Below, piece after piece: positions 28,527 through 38,431 of a stretch of DNA of 46,957 bases (position 1 is its first letter; each line of letters starts with the position of its first letter). The DNA comes from Fibrobacteria bacterium (GTDB lineage Bacteria; Fibrobacterota; Fibrobacteria; UBA11236). Below the pieces are notes generated by a model. It was not told the origin of the DNA. It made no database searches and was given only the letters and a program-made list of their open reading frames with translations. The stretch spans positions 1-46,957 of the forward strand of contig JAYTSD010000027.1 in NCBI GenBank assembly GCA_043745805.1, in the 5' to 3' direction. A program made the position numbers and the translations under genes.

Positions 28527-30093
28527 AGGAAATTTCCATATTCGGGTTAATTATTTCTTGAAATTTCTGCTCCAGTTTCGCCTTATAAATCCTTTCTACT
28601 ACAACCTTCATCCAAAATTTTGCATGCAATATGCATCGTTGTCTGAACGTTAAGGGAATTAAATTTCGAATAACCATTTCCTGTACGACATTTCCATGAG
28701 TGAGGCACCAAGCAATCAAGGACATGTTTTTTCCAATAATTAAATCTTCGCGAGAAAGTATAATTAGATGATGGATTTGATTATTCAAGGAGGCAATGGG
28801 CATTGCTGCGCCAGTTTTAGTAAAACCAATTTTTTCATATAGTGGCATTAATTCATCGGTAACAAATGTGATAACCCAATGACGATCGGACAAGAGAAAA
28901 ATTTTTGAAAGATTAATAAAAAATGCTGTTAATAAATCGGCCTGTCGATAATCCCGATGCGTGCATAATGAAAAAACCTCTATCATTTGTTCTCTAGGAG
29001 GTAACGGGACGGGATATTTTTTTTCAGGAAACTCTCCTTCTGAACGTAAAGATGAATTCGCAGAGTTCGGAAAATTTAAGACGATAGAAGCAATTAATTG
29101 CTTTTTGTGATAGACAGTTAATATGCGACTATGTGCATCTAACTCCAATGCAGAATCTTCAACCTCGGAAAAAGGATTTTTTTTTCCAACAGCCACATAA
29201 GCATTGCGCCTTAAAGTTAACACCTCTGCATATTGCTCCATTGAGCTTACAAAACCAAATTTAATAAGTTCGCACAATTCGCTGACCCAAAAGCCACAAG
29301 CATTTAAGGCGGCAGGTGACCAATTTTCCGTTTGCAAGAAATACTCACCCATACTATTGCATAAGGCTCGAGACATCATAAGTTGATTAACTTTGAAATA
29401 TAAATTTCCGTTTGCGGTCACAAATACTTCGGAGACAATACCGATACATGGCGTGATATCAAATGTGGGTAAATCTAAATGGAGAGAAAACTTCATGCCT
29501 GGGATCACAAGCAAAGAAGGATCATCAGAACTAAAGATTATTTCTGGCCCTTTTCCCAATGCTTCCACATGGCCATAACACCATTCTCGATAAATTATAG
29601 GATTGGCAATTTTTACAACTAACGGAAATTCCGAATGCGGGATAAGGCTCTTGTCGGCTAAGGCACTTTCCACATTGGAAAGAACATTTAATTTTCGGCA
29701 TAAACCAATGCGCAAACCTTTTTCGGTCACGGTTAAATTGGTGACCATACAAGTGGCTTGCACCTTTTCGGATTGGGAAATTTCCAGACATAATTCAATG
29801 GACTCGCCGTTTATCGCTGAAAAAGTATAACCTTTTTGATACGAAAATAATATGCCAAAACCGGTGGGGGAATAATCCCATAGTCGAACAGGTGTCCAGT
29901 TGGGATATTTAAGAGAACGTATCTTAGCGGGTACCTTATCGATTTCTCTTTCCGTGATTCTATCGCTTTTGCGACCTCCTAAAACTTCAAAGGGACGCCA
30001 ACAATCTTGCGGTAGCTTTTCAAGATCAACAGTAACGGGAGACTGTTTTTCACTCCTCTTTTCCTGTATTGAGGTTTGTTCTTGATTACTCAT
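28513..30093 (-). CDS. PilZ-(degenerate PilZ)-GNAT fusion, paralog of 26226-27830
   Basis: RKSDR + DYSPTG; shared LRRNAYV, KYPV-x-LPP, HRDYR and LLSDRHW blocks. Confidence 0.75.
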   Translation of the reverse strand: MSNQEQTSIQEKRSEKQSPVTVDLEKLPQDCWRPFEVLGGRKSDRITEREIDKVPAKIRSLKYPNWTPVRLWDYSPTGFGILFSYQKGYTFSAINGESIELCLEISQSEKVQATCMVTNLTVTEKGLRIGLCRKLNVLSNVESALADKSLIPHSEFPLVVKIANPIIYREWCYGHVEALGKGPEIIFSSDDPSLLVIPGMKFSLHLDLPTFDITPCIGIVSEVFVTANGNLYFKVNQLMMSRALCNSMGEYFLQTENWSPAALNACGFWVSELCELIKFGFVSSMEQYAEVLTLRRNAYVAVGKKNPFSEVEDSALELDAHSRILTVYHKKQLIASIVLNFPNSANSSLRSEGEFPEKKYPVPLPPREQMIEVFSLCTHRDYRQADLLTAFFINLSKIFLLSDRHWVITFVTDELMPLYEKIGFTKTGAAMPIASLNNQIHHLIILSREDLIIGKNMSLIAWCLTHGNVVQEMVIRNLIPLTFRQRCILHAKFWMKVVVERIYKAKLEQKFQEIINPNMEISYVTK

Positions 30094-30254
30094 ATTAATA
30101 CCTAGCTAGCTCAATTATTGTAGAGGATGGCCACTAAAACGCCAAGTTAAAGGTCTATCATTGGGAGTGGATATTTGCGATTAAAGGGGAAGTTTATCTT
30201 TTATAGCCTATCTGAGATCTCAAATTTTTACACCAAGAGCTATAATTTAATGCT

Positions 30255-32414
30255 ATGTCCGAAAAAATTTATTCTAATAAAGTCCTGCAAGCCACCTTTA
30301 GTTATATCGACAAGCACTTAGGCAAAAATGTCAGCGAAGAAATTTTAAATGAATTGGGGGTCGACCGACTTTTTTTTCAAGATGTAAATGATTTTCAAAC
30401 GCTGGAATTTGCCGATCACATGATGGATGTGGCGATCAAGCATACGGGTATAAAAGATTTACCTTATCGTTGCGGCCGAGCCATTGCAGAGAGTACGGGT
30501 GTTTTAGGCGGTTTTGTAGCAGGCATTCTTTCACCATCTATGCTCATGAAACAGTTGGCCAAAGTGGAAGGTCAGTTGGCCCGTAAAACGATTTCCCATA
30601 CCAAAGAATTGAGTCCGAATCATTACCATATAAAAGTTTCTTTTCGTGACGGGTTTCAAGAAGGTATCAATGGATGCCAAAATCGAATTGGATGTTACGA
30701 ATCCTCATCTCGATTTTTTGGCTTACCTTATGCAAATGTAGAACATCCTCAGTGTTTTTTTAGAGGTGATAAGCAATGCGAATACTTTGTGACTATTCCT
30801 GAGTTTGGATTTATTTTCTATCGCAAAATAGCCTTGTTTTTATTTTTTTTGACTTTGATTTTTAGTGTCATCTCTATTGTTTCAGTCCATTCTATTGGGG
30901 CCGGCATAATATCTGCAGTTTGTTTGATCACCGGACTTCTAGCCTATTCTTTTTACAGCTATCAAAACGCCAAAAAATCCATGGAATGGTCCACGCTCAC
31001 CAATGAAGCTGTTCTTCAACAGAAAAATGAATTAGAACGAAGTAATATTCAAGTAAGTTCCTTGCAGAATTTAACGGTTGAACTTAATGCAACGGTTAAG
31101 TTGCAAGATATTTGTGAAATTGTTACGCATACCTTAACCAAAAGTTTTCAATATGATTCTAGTCAAATTTGGTTATTAGATGATTCCAAAAAAAATCTTT
31201 TCTGTAAAAGTGCAATTGGCTATAGTCCGGATTTAATGCAGCGCTTATTGGCCACTCAGTTTGAAATGGGGCAGGGTTGGGATAATCCGCATGGGCTATT
31301 GATTCAAACCTTGGAGCAAGGCAAAACACTTTTGGTAAATGATGTGGATGAGGCCTTAGCAAAATTATCTGCAAGTACTCGCGCATTTTTATCCACTTTA
31401 AAAATGTCCTCTTTCATTATTACACCACTTTTCGATCAACAAACTCCCATTGGAATTTTATCTGCGGAAAATCATCATGGTAAAAAAGTGGAAAATAAAG
31501 ATAAATTGCTTTTTCATTCCATTTCCAATATTGTAGCGAATGCCTTAGTGAAATCCGATTTATTTACCTCGTTGGAAGAAAAAATTCAGGAGCGCACAAA
31601 AGAACTTGAAGCCACTACGGAACAGTTAATGCTTGCCAAGGAAATGGCCATACAAAGTGAAAAGATGTCTTCATTAGGGCAAATGGCTGCTGGTGTGGCG
31701 CATGAAATCAATAATCCTTTAAACTTTTTGGTTAATATTTTACCAGAATTTAGTCGCGATATCGATGCCTTAGCTAAAATTCGTGACCTAGCTTTAAACG
31801 GGAACTTGGATCAATCCGTTCGTGAGGCCATAACTAAAGTAGATGAAGAAAGTGATTTGTCTGCGCATCTAGAAGAAAAAGAATATGTATTTGGTCGTAT
31901 TACCAAGGCTTTGGGTAAAAGTACGCAAATAGCTAATAGCTTAAAAGTTTTTTCTCGTACTTCTAATAAAGAAAAAATTAGTGTGGAAAATGTAAAACAA
32001 ATGTTTACTAGTGTTTTAGAGATGATTCCAACTCAAGTAATTGGGGATACTGAGGTAGTAATAAATATCGAAGACGATTTGCAATGGAAAGTGAATGCCA
32101 ATGAATTTGAACAAGCTATAATGGTATTAATCAAAAATGCTATTGAGGCTATGGATAAAAAAGGTAAAGTGGAAGTGCTGGGGCACAAAACTCCTCAGGG
32201 TATGTTGCTTTTATTTAAAGATCAGGGTTCGGGAATCCCTTTAAATATTCAAAGGAAAATTTTCGATCCCTTTTTCACTACCAAAGCTCCAGGGCAGGGC
32301 ACAGGCTTAGGGCTTACCATCGCTTTAGAAATATTTAAAAAGTATGGCGGACGTTTGGAATTAGAAAGTGAAACGGGAAAAGGTGCGACCTTTAAAGTGA
32401 CTTTTTTGAAATGA
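30255..32414 (+). CDS. Sensor histidine kinase (V4R/HNOX-like N-terminus, 2 TM, GAF, HisKA, HATPase)
   Basis: CQNRIG...VEHPQCFFRGDKQCEY V4R-like Cys motif; two adjacent TM helices; GAF; AHEINNPL; FFTTK...GTGLGL. Confidence 0.88.
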   Translation: MSEKIYSNKVLQATFSYIDKHLGKNVSEEILNELGVDRLFFQDVNDFQTLEFADHMMDVAIKHTGIKDLPYRCGRAIAESTGVLGGFVAGILSPSMLMKQLAKVEGQLARKTISHTKELSPNHYHIKVSFRDGFQEGINGCQNRIGCYESSSRFFGLPYANVEHPQCFFRGDKQCEYFVTIPEFGFIFYRKIALFLFFLTLIFSVISIVSVHSIGAGIISAVCLITGLLAYSFYSYQNAKKSMEWSTLTNEAVLQQKNELERSNIQVSSLQNLTVELNATVKLQDICEIVTHTLTKSFQYDSSQIWLLDDSKKNLFCKSAIGYSPDLMQRLLATQFEMGQGWDNPHGLLIQTLEQGKTLLVNDVDEALAKLSASTRAFLSTLKMSSFIITPLFDQQTPIGILSAENHHGKKVENKDKLLFHSISNIVANALVKSDLFTSLEEKIQERTKELEATTEQLMLAKEMAIQSEKMSSLGQMAAGVAHEINNPLNFLVNILPEFSRDIDALAKIRDLALNGNLDQSVREAITKVDEESDLSAHLEEKEYVFGRITKALGKSTQIANSLKVFSRTSNKEKISVENVKQMFTSVLEMIPTQVIGDTEVVINIEDDLQWKVNANEFEQAIMVLIKNAIEAMDKKGKVEVLGHKTPQGMLLLFKDQGSGIPLNIQRKIFDPFFTTKAPGQGTGLGLTIALEIFKKYGGRLELESETGKGATFKVTFLK

Positions 32415-32440
32415 AGGGTTCTTAACTTTATTTCAAAAAA

Positions 32441-33253
32441 TTAAGGTCGCTTGGTACTATTTCCTAAAATACTTGGATCTGAATTTTGATCATCAACATC
32501 AGTAACTTTATTGATAATAGGCGGACTGTTTTTTGCATCCGCCGACTTATCCATTAAAGCATAATAAGAGCCGCCCATAATCGCGGCGGCACCCGCAATA
32601 GACCACGCTATTTTTCCTGCCGACCAAAAGCCGGGTGCTTTGCTGGAATCGTTTTTCGGTGGATTTATAGTTTGGGTAACATTCACGTTTTTTTGATAAT
32701 CGAAATAATTAATCCATTCCCCTTTGGAATCTAAATTGTGGGTTTTAACGGAAGGTTCAATAAAAGCAATACATCCTTTAAAATAAACCTTATCAAATAA
32801 AACTTTTCGACTATTTAAAATTAAGGGAGTTGGAGCATTCCAAAATTGGGTATGATGCAATTCTAAGCTAGCCTCTTGCGCAACGAGTATATTGCCCCAA
32901 GCCCCATTTCCGGGTTGTGCTAAAAACCCACTATCGACTAGTGAGCCAGCAAAATAAATGGGTAAATTACTATTCCCTTTTGCCACTAATCGACCTTGAA
33001 CATTGATTTGATTGTCAAGTGAAACTTTTTTGAAATAAAGTAAAGAACCATTAAAAATGGTGGTTATTTGATTGCGTGGGACAATCATGCTATCGCATGG
33101 TAAGGCTATGGGAATAGTGCGAGAGGTATTTTCTCGGCCAATTAATTCTGGCAGCAGGCGATATTTGGCACTATCACCTTGGCAATTATGTTTAGCTAAA
33201 ACCAAGCTTGGCTGCACATAAAATATCATTAATAGCAAAAATAAAATTCTCAT
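32441..33253 (-). CDS. Hypothetical exported protein, beta-helix-like region with a C-terminal hydrophobic segment
   Basis: Signal peptide; VQGRLVAKG...PIYF...WGNI pattern; IAWSIAGAAAIMGG segment; ATGA overlap with the upstream gene. Confidence 0.65.
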   Translation of the reverse strand: MRILFLLLMIFYVQPSLVLAKHNCQGDSAKYRLLPELIGRENTSRTIPIALPCDSMIVPRNQITTIFNGSLLYFKKVSLDNQINVQGRLVAKGNSNLPIYFAGSLVDSGFLAQPGNGAWGNILVAQEASLELHHTQFWNAPTPLILNSRKVLFDKVYFKGCIAFIEPSVKTHNLDSKGEWINYFDYQKNVNVTQTINPPKNDSSKAPGFWSAGKIAWSIAGAAAIMGGSYYALMDKSADAKNSPPIINKVTDVDDQNSDPSILGNSTKRP

Positions 33254-36200
33254 AAGCCACCTTTTACTAACATTTTTCTTTGCGCACTATAATGTTGCTG
33301 CGAGGTTTTCATGGCTAAGGTGCAAATATAAAGTCCTGGTTGCCAAGTGCTACCATCCAGTTTTAAAGAATGCGATCCAGGCATACTAGGTTGAAACACC
33401 TGTTGAAAAACAACTTTGCCCTGCAAATTTCGCACGGTGATTTGTGTGCGTAAAGACCCAAGACCGCCAGGTAAAGAGTATTTGAGTAAGGTTTCTCCGC
33501 GAAAAGGATTTGGGGCATTTGATTCAATGGCTAAGGTTTTAGGTAGGGTAACTTGCCAAGTACTGATGCGATTCTGCACATATTCGGGAGACCCTGCGAT
33601 AAGTTGAAAATTATTTTCGCCAGCAACTAGCGGTAATTGGTCTAAATCACTGGCTTGATACACTTTATTATTTTCGGCATCTAAAAGCGCAAATACGCCT
33701 GCGGCGCCCTGCCATTCGGCTTGTAAAGGTAAAAGGGTGGCTATGGGTGAATGAATAGATAAGGTTTCATCAACCGTATTTAGTTGACTTAAGCGTTTTT
33801 GAAAATACCCGCCAATTTGCAAGGAAAAGTCTTCTTCTAAAGGCGATAAGAATGGGGCTTGTCTTTTTGCCGTTCCGGTAAATAAGGAAGCTTGTAGGTT
33901 ACGGTTTAAAATCAAGGATAAGCTGTTGCCATTATTGCTTGGATTATTGGGAGCTGATTTTTTATTGAGTAGGGAAGGGTTGAATAAGTTGATGGGATTA
34001 AAGCTTAACTTTAAGGCTGAATCCGCATGAATGAAATAGCCAATAAATGGCTTTAAAGTCGTAGTCGTATCCCAATGCGCAGTATTTGTGTTCCACAAAT
34101 AAAAGTTTGAAGTTGAATTTTCATCGAATGCTATCGCATTTTCTGAAAAGGAGAAATGATATGGATTCGAAATTAAATTCCAACCCGAGTCGAGTTTAAG
34201 GGTGTCGGGATTTAAGGAGGGCATGGTATTGTCCTGAATATTTATTTGAAATGACTCTTCAGCTGCAAATAAATATCCTTTACCTCTTTCTAAAATTAAT
34301 GTGTCATTTAAGGTATTCTTCACCCATTTATCTTTTTTCCATTCTTTGAAAACAGGAAGAAGTTTTGGTGTGACTTTTGGTTTTAATTGCTTTGCATAAT
34401 TCCCATTAAAAGGAATGCCGATTAATTGTTTCTTTAATGCATGATATGTAGGAACTGCATTTTGTATGACAGTTGAAAATTTCCGTTCATCAGGAATAGG
34501 TAACCATTGACCGAGCGCACTGGGCACACCAGCTTGCGTTTTAAAATTAATTTGATAAAAATAACTGTTGGTATTGGAGAGGGATAAATTTGTGGCTTGG
34601 GTAATGAGATCAAAATTACCTATGATTTTTTGTGTGCTGCCATCCGGTTCAAGTCGTAACAAATTCATTTGGTATTTTAGGCTATTAAAATTTGCGGTAT
34701 CAGAGCCAAGTGTGGGGACAAAACTCCAAGTGTTTCCTTTTAAAGGAGTCGGTTTTTGCGGAAGCGGAGAATAAGGCGTACGATCTTCTGGTTTAAGCTT
34801 TTCATAAGCTAAAATGTATTTCACCTTGGAAAGTTTTCCGCTACGGCCAAAGACAATACGGTTTCCAGCTATATAGCCTTTGGAATTGGTTAATTCATTC
34901 CATAAAGTTCCATTTTCGGAAGTCATTAGGCGTACAGAGTCTAAGTTGATGATGGGATCATTTAAATCAAAACTTAAATCAAAATTTACACTATCCATAT
35001 TGATTAAAGTGATTTTTCGACCCCCTCTAAATACCTTCGTGGAATCATTTTTTATGCTATCGGGAATTATAGTTGCGTCCAGTAGGCCCACTAGAATGTT
35101 TCCTGGTCTGGTAGCGATAATTTTGTTGAGTTTATCTCCGTTGGCTAGGCTTACATTAAAGGATGAATCGCGCGGAATTGGATAGGCTGTTGCCAGTAAA
35201 AATATTTTATTCGTGTCGGTCGTTTGTAAAAAAATGGAATAGGTAGAATTCACTTTTATGAGATTCGGAAGAGAATCAAGCTGATTATTATTTCGTACAT
35301 AAGCATGTTGAGAGGCATCTTTGGTTAGCAATTTCAAAGTTAATGAATCATTGGCATTCACGCGGCCTACCCAATGGAAAGCATAAGGATTTCCGAAGTT
35401 GGTGTTGAATTTGAGGCTACTCGTGTCAAAGGCAATAATATCACGCGAGATTTGATAACCAGGGGATGCCGTTTTGTATAGTAAATCTTGCCCAGACAAT
35501 TTTAAGGTATCGCGAAGGTTACCTAGGCTTAAATGTTCGGTTAAAATACCTTGCAGGCTGGATGCGAAATTTGTGCTGACATAGTATTTATTAGCAGAAT
35601 CAATGGCTTTGAGTGCGGTTCCATTATTTAACTCAAAATACAATGAGTCTTTTATGAAGGCAGTATCAACACCATTTTTGGTTATGCCGATGGTAACAAG
35701 TCCTGAACCTTCTGCATTGGTTGTAGAGCTGAATCCATGACTGTTTCCGTTTTTTTGTAAAATGCGATGTCTTTTGTTTGAGTCAGAATAATTCAAAGGT
35801 TGAGTAATGGTTCTACCCGTGCGAGAAATATTGGCAAAGCGGAAGGACGTGTCGACGCTTAAATCAACGGTAACATTGATTCCCTTTTTGGTATTTTGAT
35901 TTGTAAATACCGGAACAAAAATTTTCGCGGTGCTTATGGTATTGGTAAAAATGCTATCACTTTCATTTCCTGCAATATCTGCATGGTATGTACCCGAATA
36001 AAAATTGAATAACATGGGTGCGCCTAAAGTTTTCGAGCCCGGAAATAAAATGGAATTAATGACTACGGGGCCGGTAATTATTAAGGCGGTATCTTTTTTC
36101 CAAAAAGTTCGGTTTGCTTCTACAATAGCGGAATAGGGTGTTGTCGTGTCATAGTTAATGGATATTACTCTAGGAATTGAGGAGGCATTTACGGTTAACT

Positions 36201-37278
36201 TAAGGCTATCCTTGCCCAGCTTTGTCGTAAAATTTGTGCTATCAGGAAATAAATTATAAGTGGGATAATTAGCTGAACCTGGGTTTTGATAACCGCGATT
36301 GGTTTCCGTAATATTTTTGAAACTCCATTTTGAGATTGGATCAGTAAATACGGGAATAATTGGATTGCTACTTGCGTCCGAAAATCCAAGTCCAGAAGGA
36401 TAATCAAATCCAGCCCATTCGGCGAAACGGGCATTACCGGTAATACTTCCACTACTACCCCAATTGGACTGAGTCATAATCCATTTACTGGGGCTTCCTA
36501 CTATAGACGTTGTAGCTGGCGCATGTCCAAAAATATTATTGTCACAAAAAAGCGCGGATTGAAAATTTCCCGACAAAGTGAATTGAGTATAGTTCACGGT
36601 ATTATTCGAAAGGGTTAAGCGATGTTTTGTCGCTGAGGCAATGAATTCTCCGGCAAAATTGAAATAATTATTTTTTAGGGAAACAGTATCGCTAGAAATA
36701 TTGACTTTGGTGCTTGTGCTTAAGCCGATGGAAAAAATATTTCGCTTTATTTCCACCGATGAGGTAGAGGTCCCTAACCAAGAGATAAATGTGGTATTCA
36801 GTACATCACCAAAAATTTGGCAGGAATCTATACTCAAATTTTTATTCTCGCTACCTATGATATAGCCTTCGATTAATTTGGCGGCATCGCTTTTTGCTTT
36901 AAAAGCCAGATTGCGAAAGCGTACTGAACCTAAGTTGTTTTTGAAACTAAATAGCGTTCCTTGGAATTCAATAATCTCCGAACTATTTGCGTCATCGCGA
37001 ATAAACACTAGGCTATCGCCACTGAAACTATTTAAAACGAGGGTTCCGATATTTACATAGGATTGAAAGCGTACAATATAGGAGGTGTTGGCGTGGCTGC
37101 TTATGTCATTGGCCAGGGCGGTTAAATTATTACTCGCATCTATTAAATAAGTCGTTGTAGCGGCACTTAGGCTTGCCCAAGAAAACAGTACTATAAACAA
37201 GGAAAAGACCTTGTGATTTAGGACCGTCAATGGTTTTATCTTACGAGTGAAATTCATTCCCCAAAAAGATAAAAACAA
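33250..37278 (-). CDS. Large secreted beta-rich protein with a T9SS type A / FlgD-Ig-like C-terminal domain
   Basis: Signal peptide (..ASLSA), N-terminal beta-helix-like repeats, GWNLISNPY, and NAPNPF...VRNLQGKVV...PGLY...KMLVK at the C-terminus. The true start may be slightly downstream. Confidence 0.75.
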   Translation of the reverse strand: MFLSFWGMNFTRKIKPLTVLNHKVFSLFIVLFSWASLSAATTTYLIDASNNLTALANDISSHANTSYIVRFQSYVNIGTLVLNSFSGDSLVFIRDDANSSEIIEFQGTLFSFKNNLGSVRFRNLAFKAKSDAAKLIEGYIIGSENKNLSIDSCQIFGDVLNTTFISWLGTSTSSVEIKRNIFSIGLSTSTKVNISSDTVSLKNNYFNFAGEFIASATKHRLTLSNNTVNYTQFTLSGNFQSALFCDNNIFGHAPATTSIVGSPSKWIMTQSNWGSSGSITGNARFAEWAGFDYPSGLGFSDASSNPIIPVFTDPISKWSFKNITETNRGYQNPGSANYPTYNLFPDSTNFTTKLGKDSLKLTVNASSIPRVISINYDTTTPYSAIVEANRTFWKKDTALIITGPVVINSILFPGSKTLGAPMLFNFYSGTYHADIAGNESDSIFTNTISTAKIFVPVFTNQNTKKGINVTVDLSVDTSFRFANISRTGRTITQPLNYSDSNKRHRILQKNGNSHGFSSTTNAEGSGLVTIGITKNGVDTAFIKDSLYFELNNGTALKAIDSANKYYVSTNFASSLQGILTEHLSLGNLRDTLKLSGQDLLYKTASPGYQISRDIIAFDTSSLKFNTNFGNPYAFHWVGRVNANDSLTLKLLTKDASQHAYVRNNNQLDSLPNLIKVNSTYSIFLQTTDTNKIFLLATAYPIPRDSSFNVSLANGDKLNKIIATRPGNILVGLLDATIIPDSIKNDSTKVFRGGRKITLINMDSVNFDLSFDLNDPIINLDSVRLMTSENGTLWNELTNSKGYIAGNRIVFGRSGKLSKVKYILAYEKLKPEDRTPYSPLPQKPTPLKGNTWSFVPTLGSDTANFNSLKYQMNLLRLEPDGSTQKIIGNFDLITQATNLSLSNTNSYFYQINFKTQAGVPSALGQWLPIPDERKFSTVIQNAVPTYHALKKQLIGIPFNGNYAKQLKPKVTPKLLPVFKEWKKDKWVKNTLNDTLILERGKGYLFAAEESFQINIQDNTMPSLNPDTLKLDSGWNLISNPYHFSFSENAIAFDENSTSNFYLWNTNTAHWDTTTTLKPFIGYFIHADSALKLSFNPINLFNPSLLNKKSAPNNPSNNGNSLSLILNRNLQASLFTGTAKRQAPFLSPLEEDFSLQIGGYFQKRLSQLNTVDETLSIHSPIATLLPLQAEWQGAAGVFALLDAENNKVYQASDLDQLPLVAGENNFQLIAGSPEYVQNRISTWQVTLPKTLAIESNAPNPFRGETLLKYSLPGGLGSLRTQITVRNLQGKVVFQQVFQPSMPGSHSLKLDGSTWQPGLYICTLAMKTSQQHYSAQRKMLVKGGL

Positions 37279-37381
37279 GGCGGCAACTTCTACTCAACCT
37301 TTTAAAAACTCCCCTTAAATTTCGTCAAAGAATTTCGTTTCGGCCTCCTTTCATGCTTAGTAATCAGTATATTTCATACAT

Positions 37382-38377
37382 ATGATTAGGACCTTTGTTT
37401 TCTCATGGATATTTTTATTTGGTGCAGCATTTGCGGTGCTAAAACCGCATTGGATGCGACAAGACATAAGCCGCCTTCCCAATATTGAAGTCACTTCCAT
37501 GGCTATGGACGATCAAGGCAATAAATGGTTTGGGACTAGAGGAGGGCTTGTGCGTTTATCTGCTTATGGCGGACAATGGACAATGTATACCACGGAGAGC
37601 ACTCAAGGGGGCTTAAAAAGTAATTTTATCAATGCTATCGCTATTGATGAATATCGAGATCTATGGCTGGCTACGGATAGTGGCGTGAGTTATTTTGCCA
37701 ATGGAATATGGAAAAGTTTTACGGTGGCCAATACCAAAAATGGCTTACCCGATAATTTTGTTACCTCCTTAGCTTTGGGTCGAGATCATGAAAAGTGGTT
37801 CGGCACCAAAAATGGTTTTGCCCAATTGCATGGCAACGCATGGACCACTTACACGGGTGAAAAGATAAGTGGACGTTTGCCGAATAAAGTTGTTACTGCG
37901 ATTGCCGTCGATAAAAATGGGGATAAATGGCTGGGCACATTGGCTGGTTTGGTGTGCTTTAATGGAGCCTCTTGGAAAACGTTCACCAAAGAAAATACCG
38001 ATAGTGGTTTAGCGCATAATAGTATTGTTTCCGTAGTGCTTTTACCCAATGGTGATAAATGGGTGGCGTCGGCAATTGGATTTTCGCGGCTAGCGGGCAA
38101 AACCTGGACATCCTTTAAAGACCTTAAGGAATTGGGCGATATTGCCTCGGAGCAAGTGTATCAATTAAACTCCGACAATGAGGGTCATGTATGGGTTTCC
38201 TCCAAAGGCGGCGCAGCCTTATTTAATAATGGGTTTTGGAAAACGTTCACTAAAGAAAATTCAGGCGGTGGACTTCCCACTAAATTTGTTTATGCAGCCA
38301 TGTCCGGTCAAAACGGTGAAGCTTGGTTTGGGACGCATGAAGGGATTGTATTACTTAGTTATAGCGAAGAAGAATAA
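37382..38377 (+). CDS. Exported stand-alone beta-propeller (two-component regulator propeller repeats)
   Basis: About seven repeats of W-x-x-[YF]T...GLP-x-N-x-V-x-x-[IL]A-x-D-x-x-G-x-KW-x-GT-x-x-G; signal peptide. Confidence 0.85.
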   Translation: MIRTFVFSWIFLFGAAFAVLKPHWMRQDISRLPNIEVTSMAMDDQGNKWFGTRGGLVRLSAYGGQWTMYTTESTQGGLKSNFINAIAIDEYRDLWLATDSGVSYFANGIWKSFTVANTKNGLPDNFVTSLALGRDHEKWFGTKNGFAQLHGNAWTTYTGEKISGRLPNKVVTAIAVDKNGDKWLGTLAGLVCFNGASWKTFTKENTDSGLAHNSIVSVVLLPNGDKWVASAIGFSRLAGKTWTSFKDLKELGDIASEQVYQLNSDNEGHVWVSSKGGAALFNNGFWKTFTKENSGGGLPTKFVYAAMSGQNGEAWFGTHEGIVLLSYSEEE

Positions 38378-38431
38378 GTTTAGCTCTGCGCTCCTGATAC
38401 TTAATTTTATATTTAATTTCGCCAGCCAATT

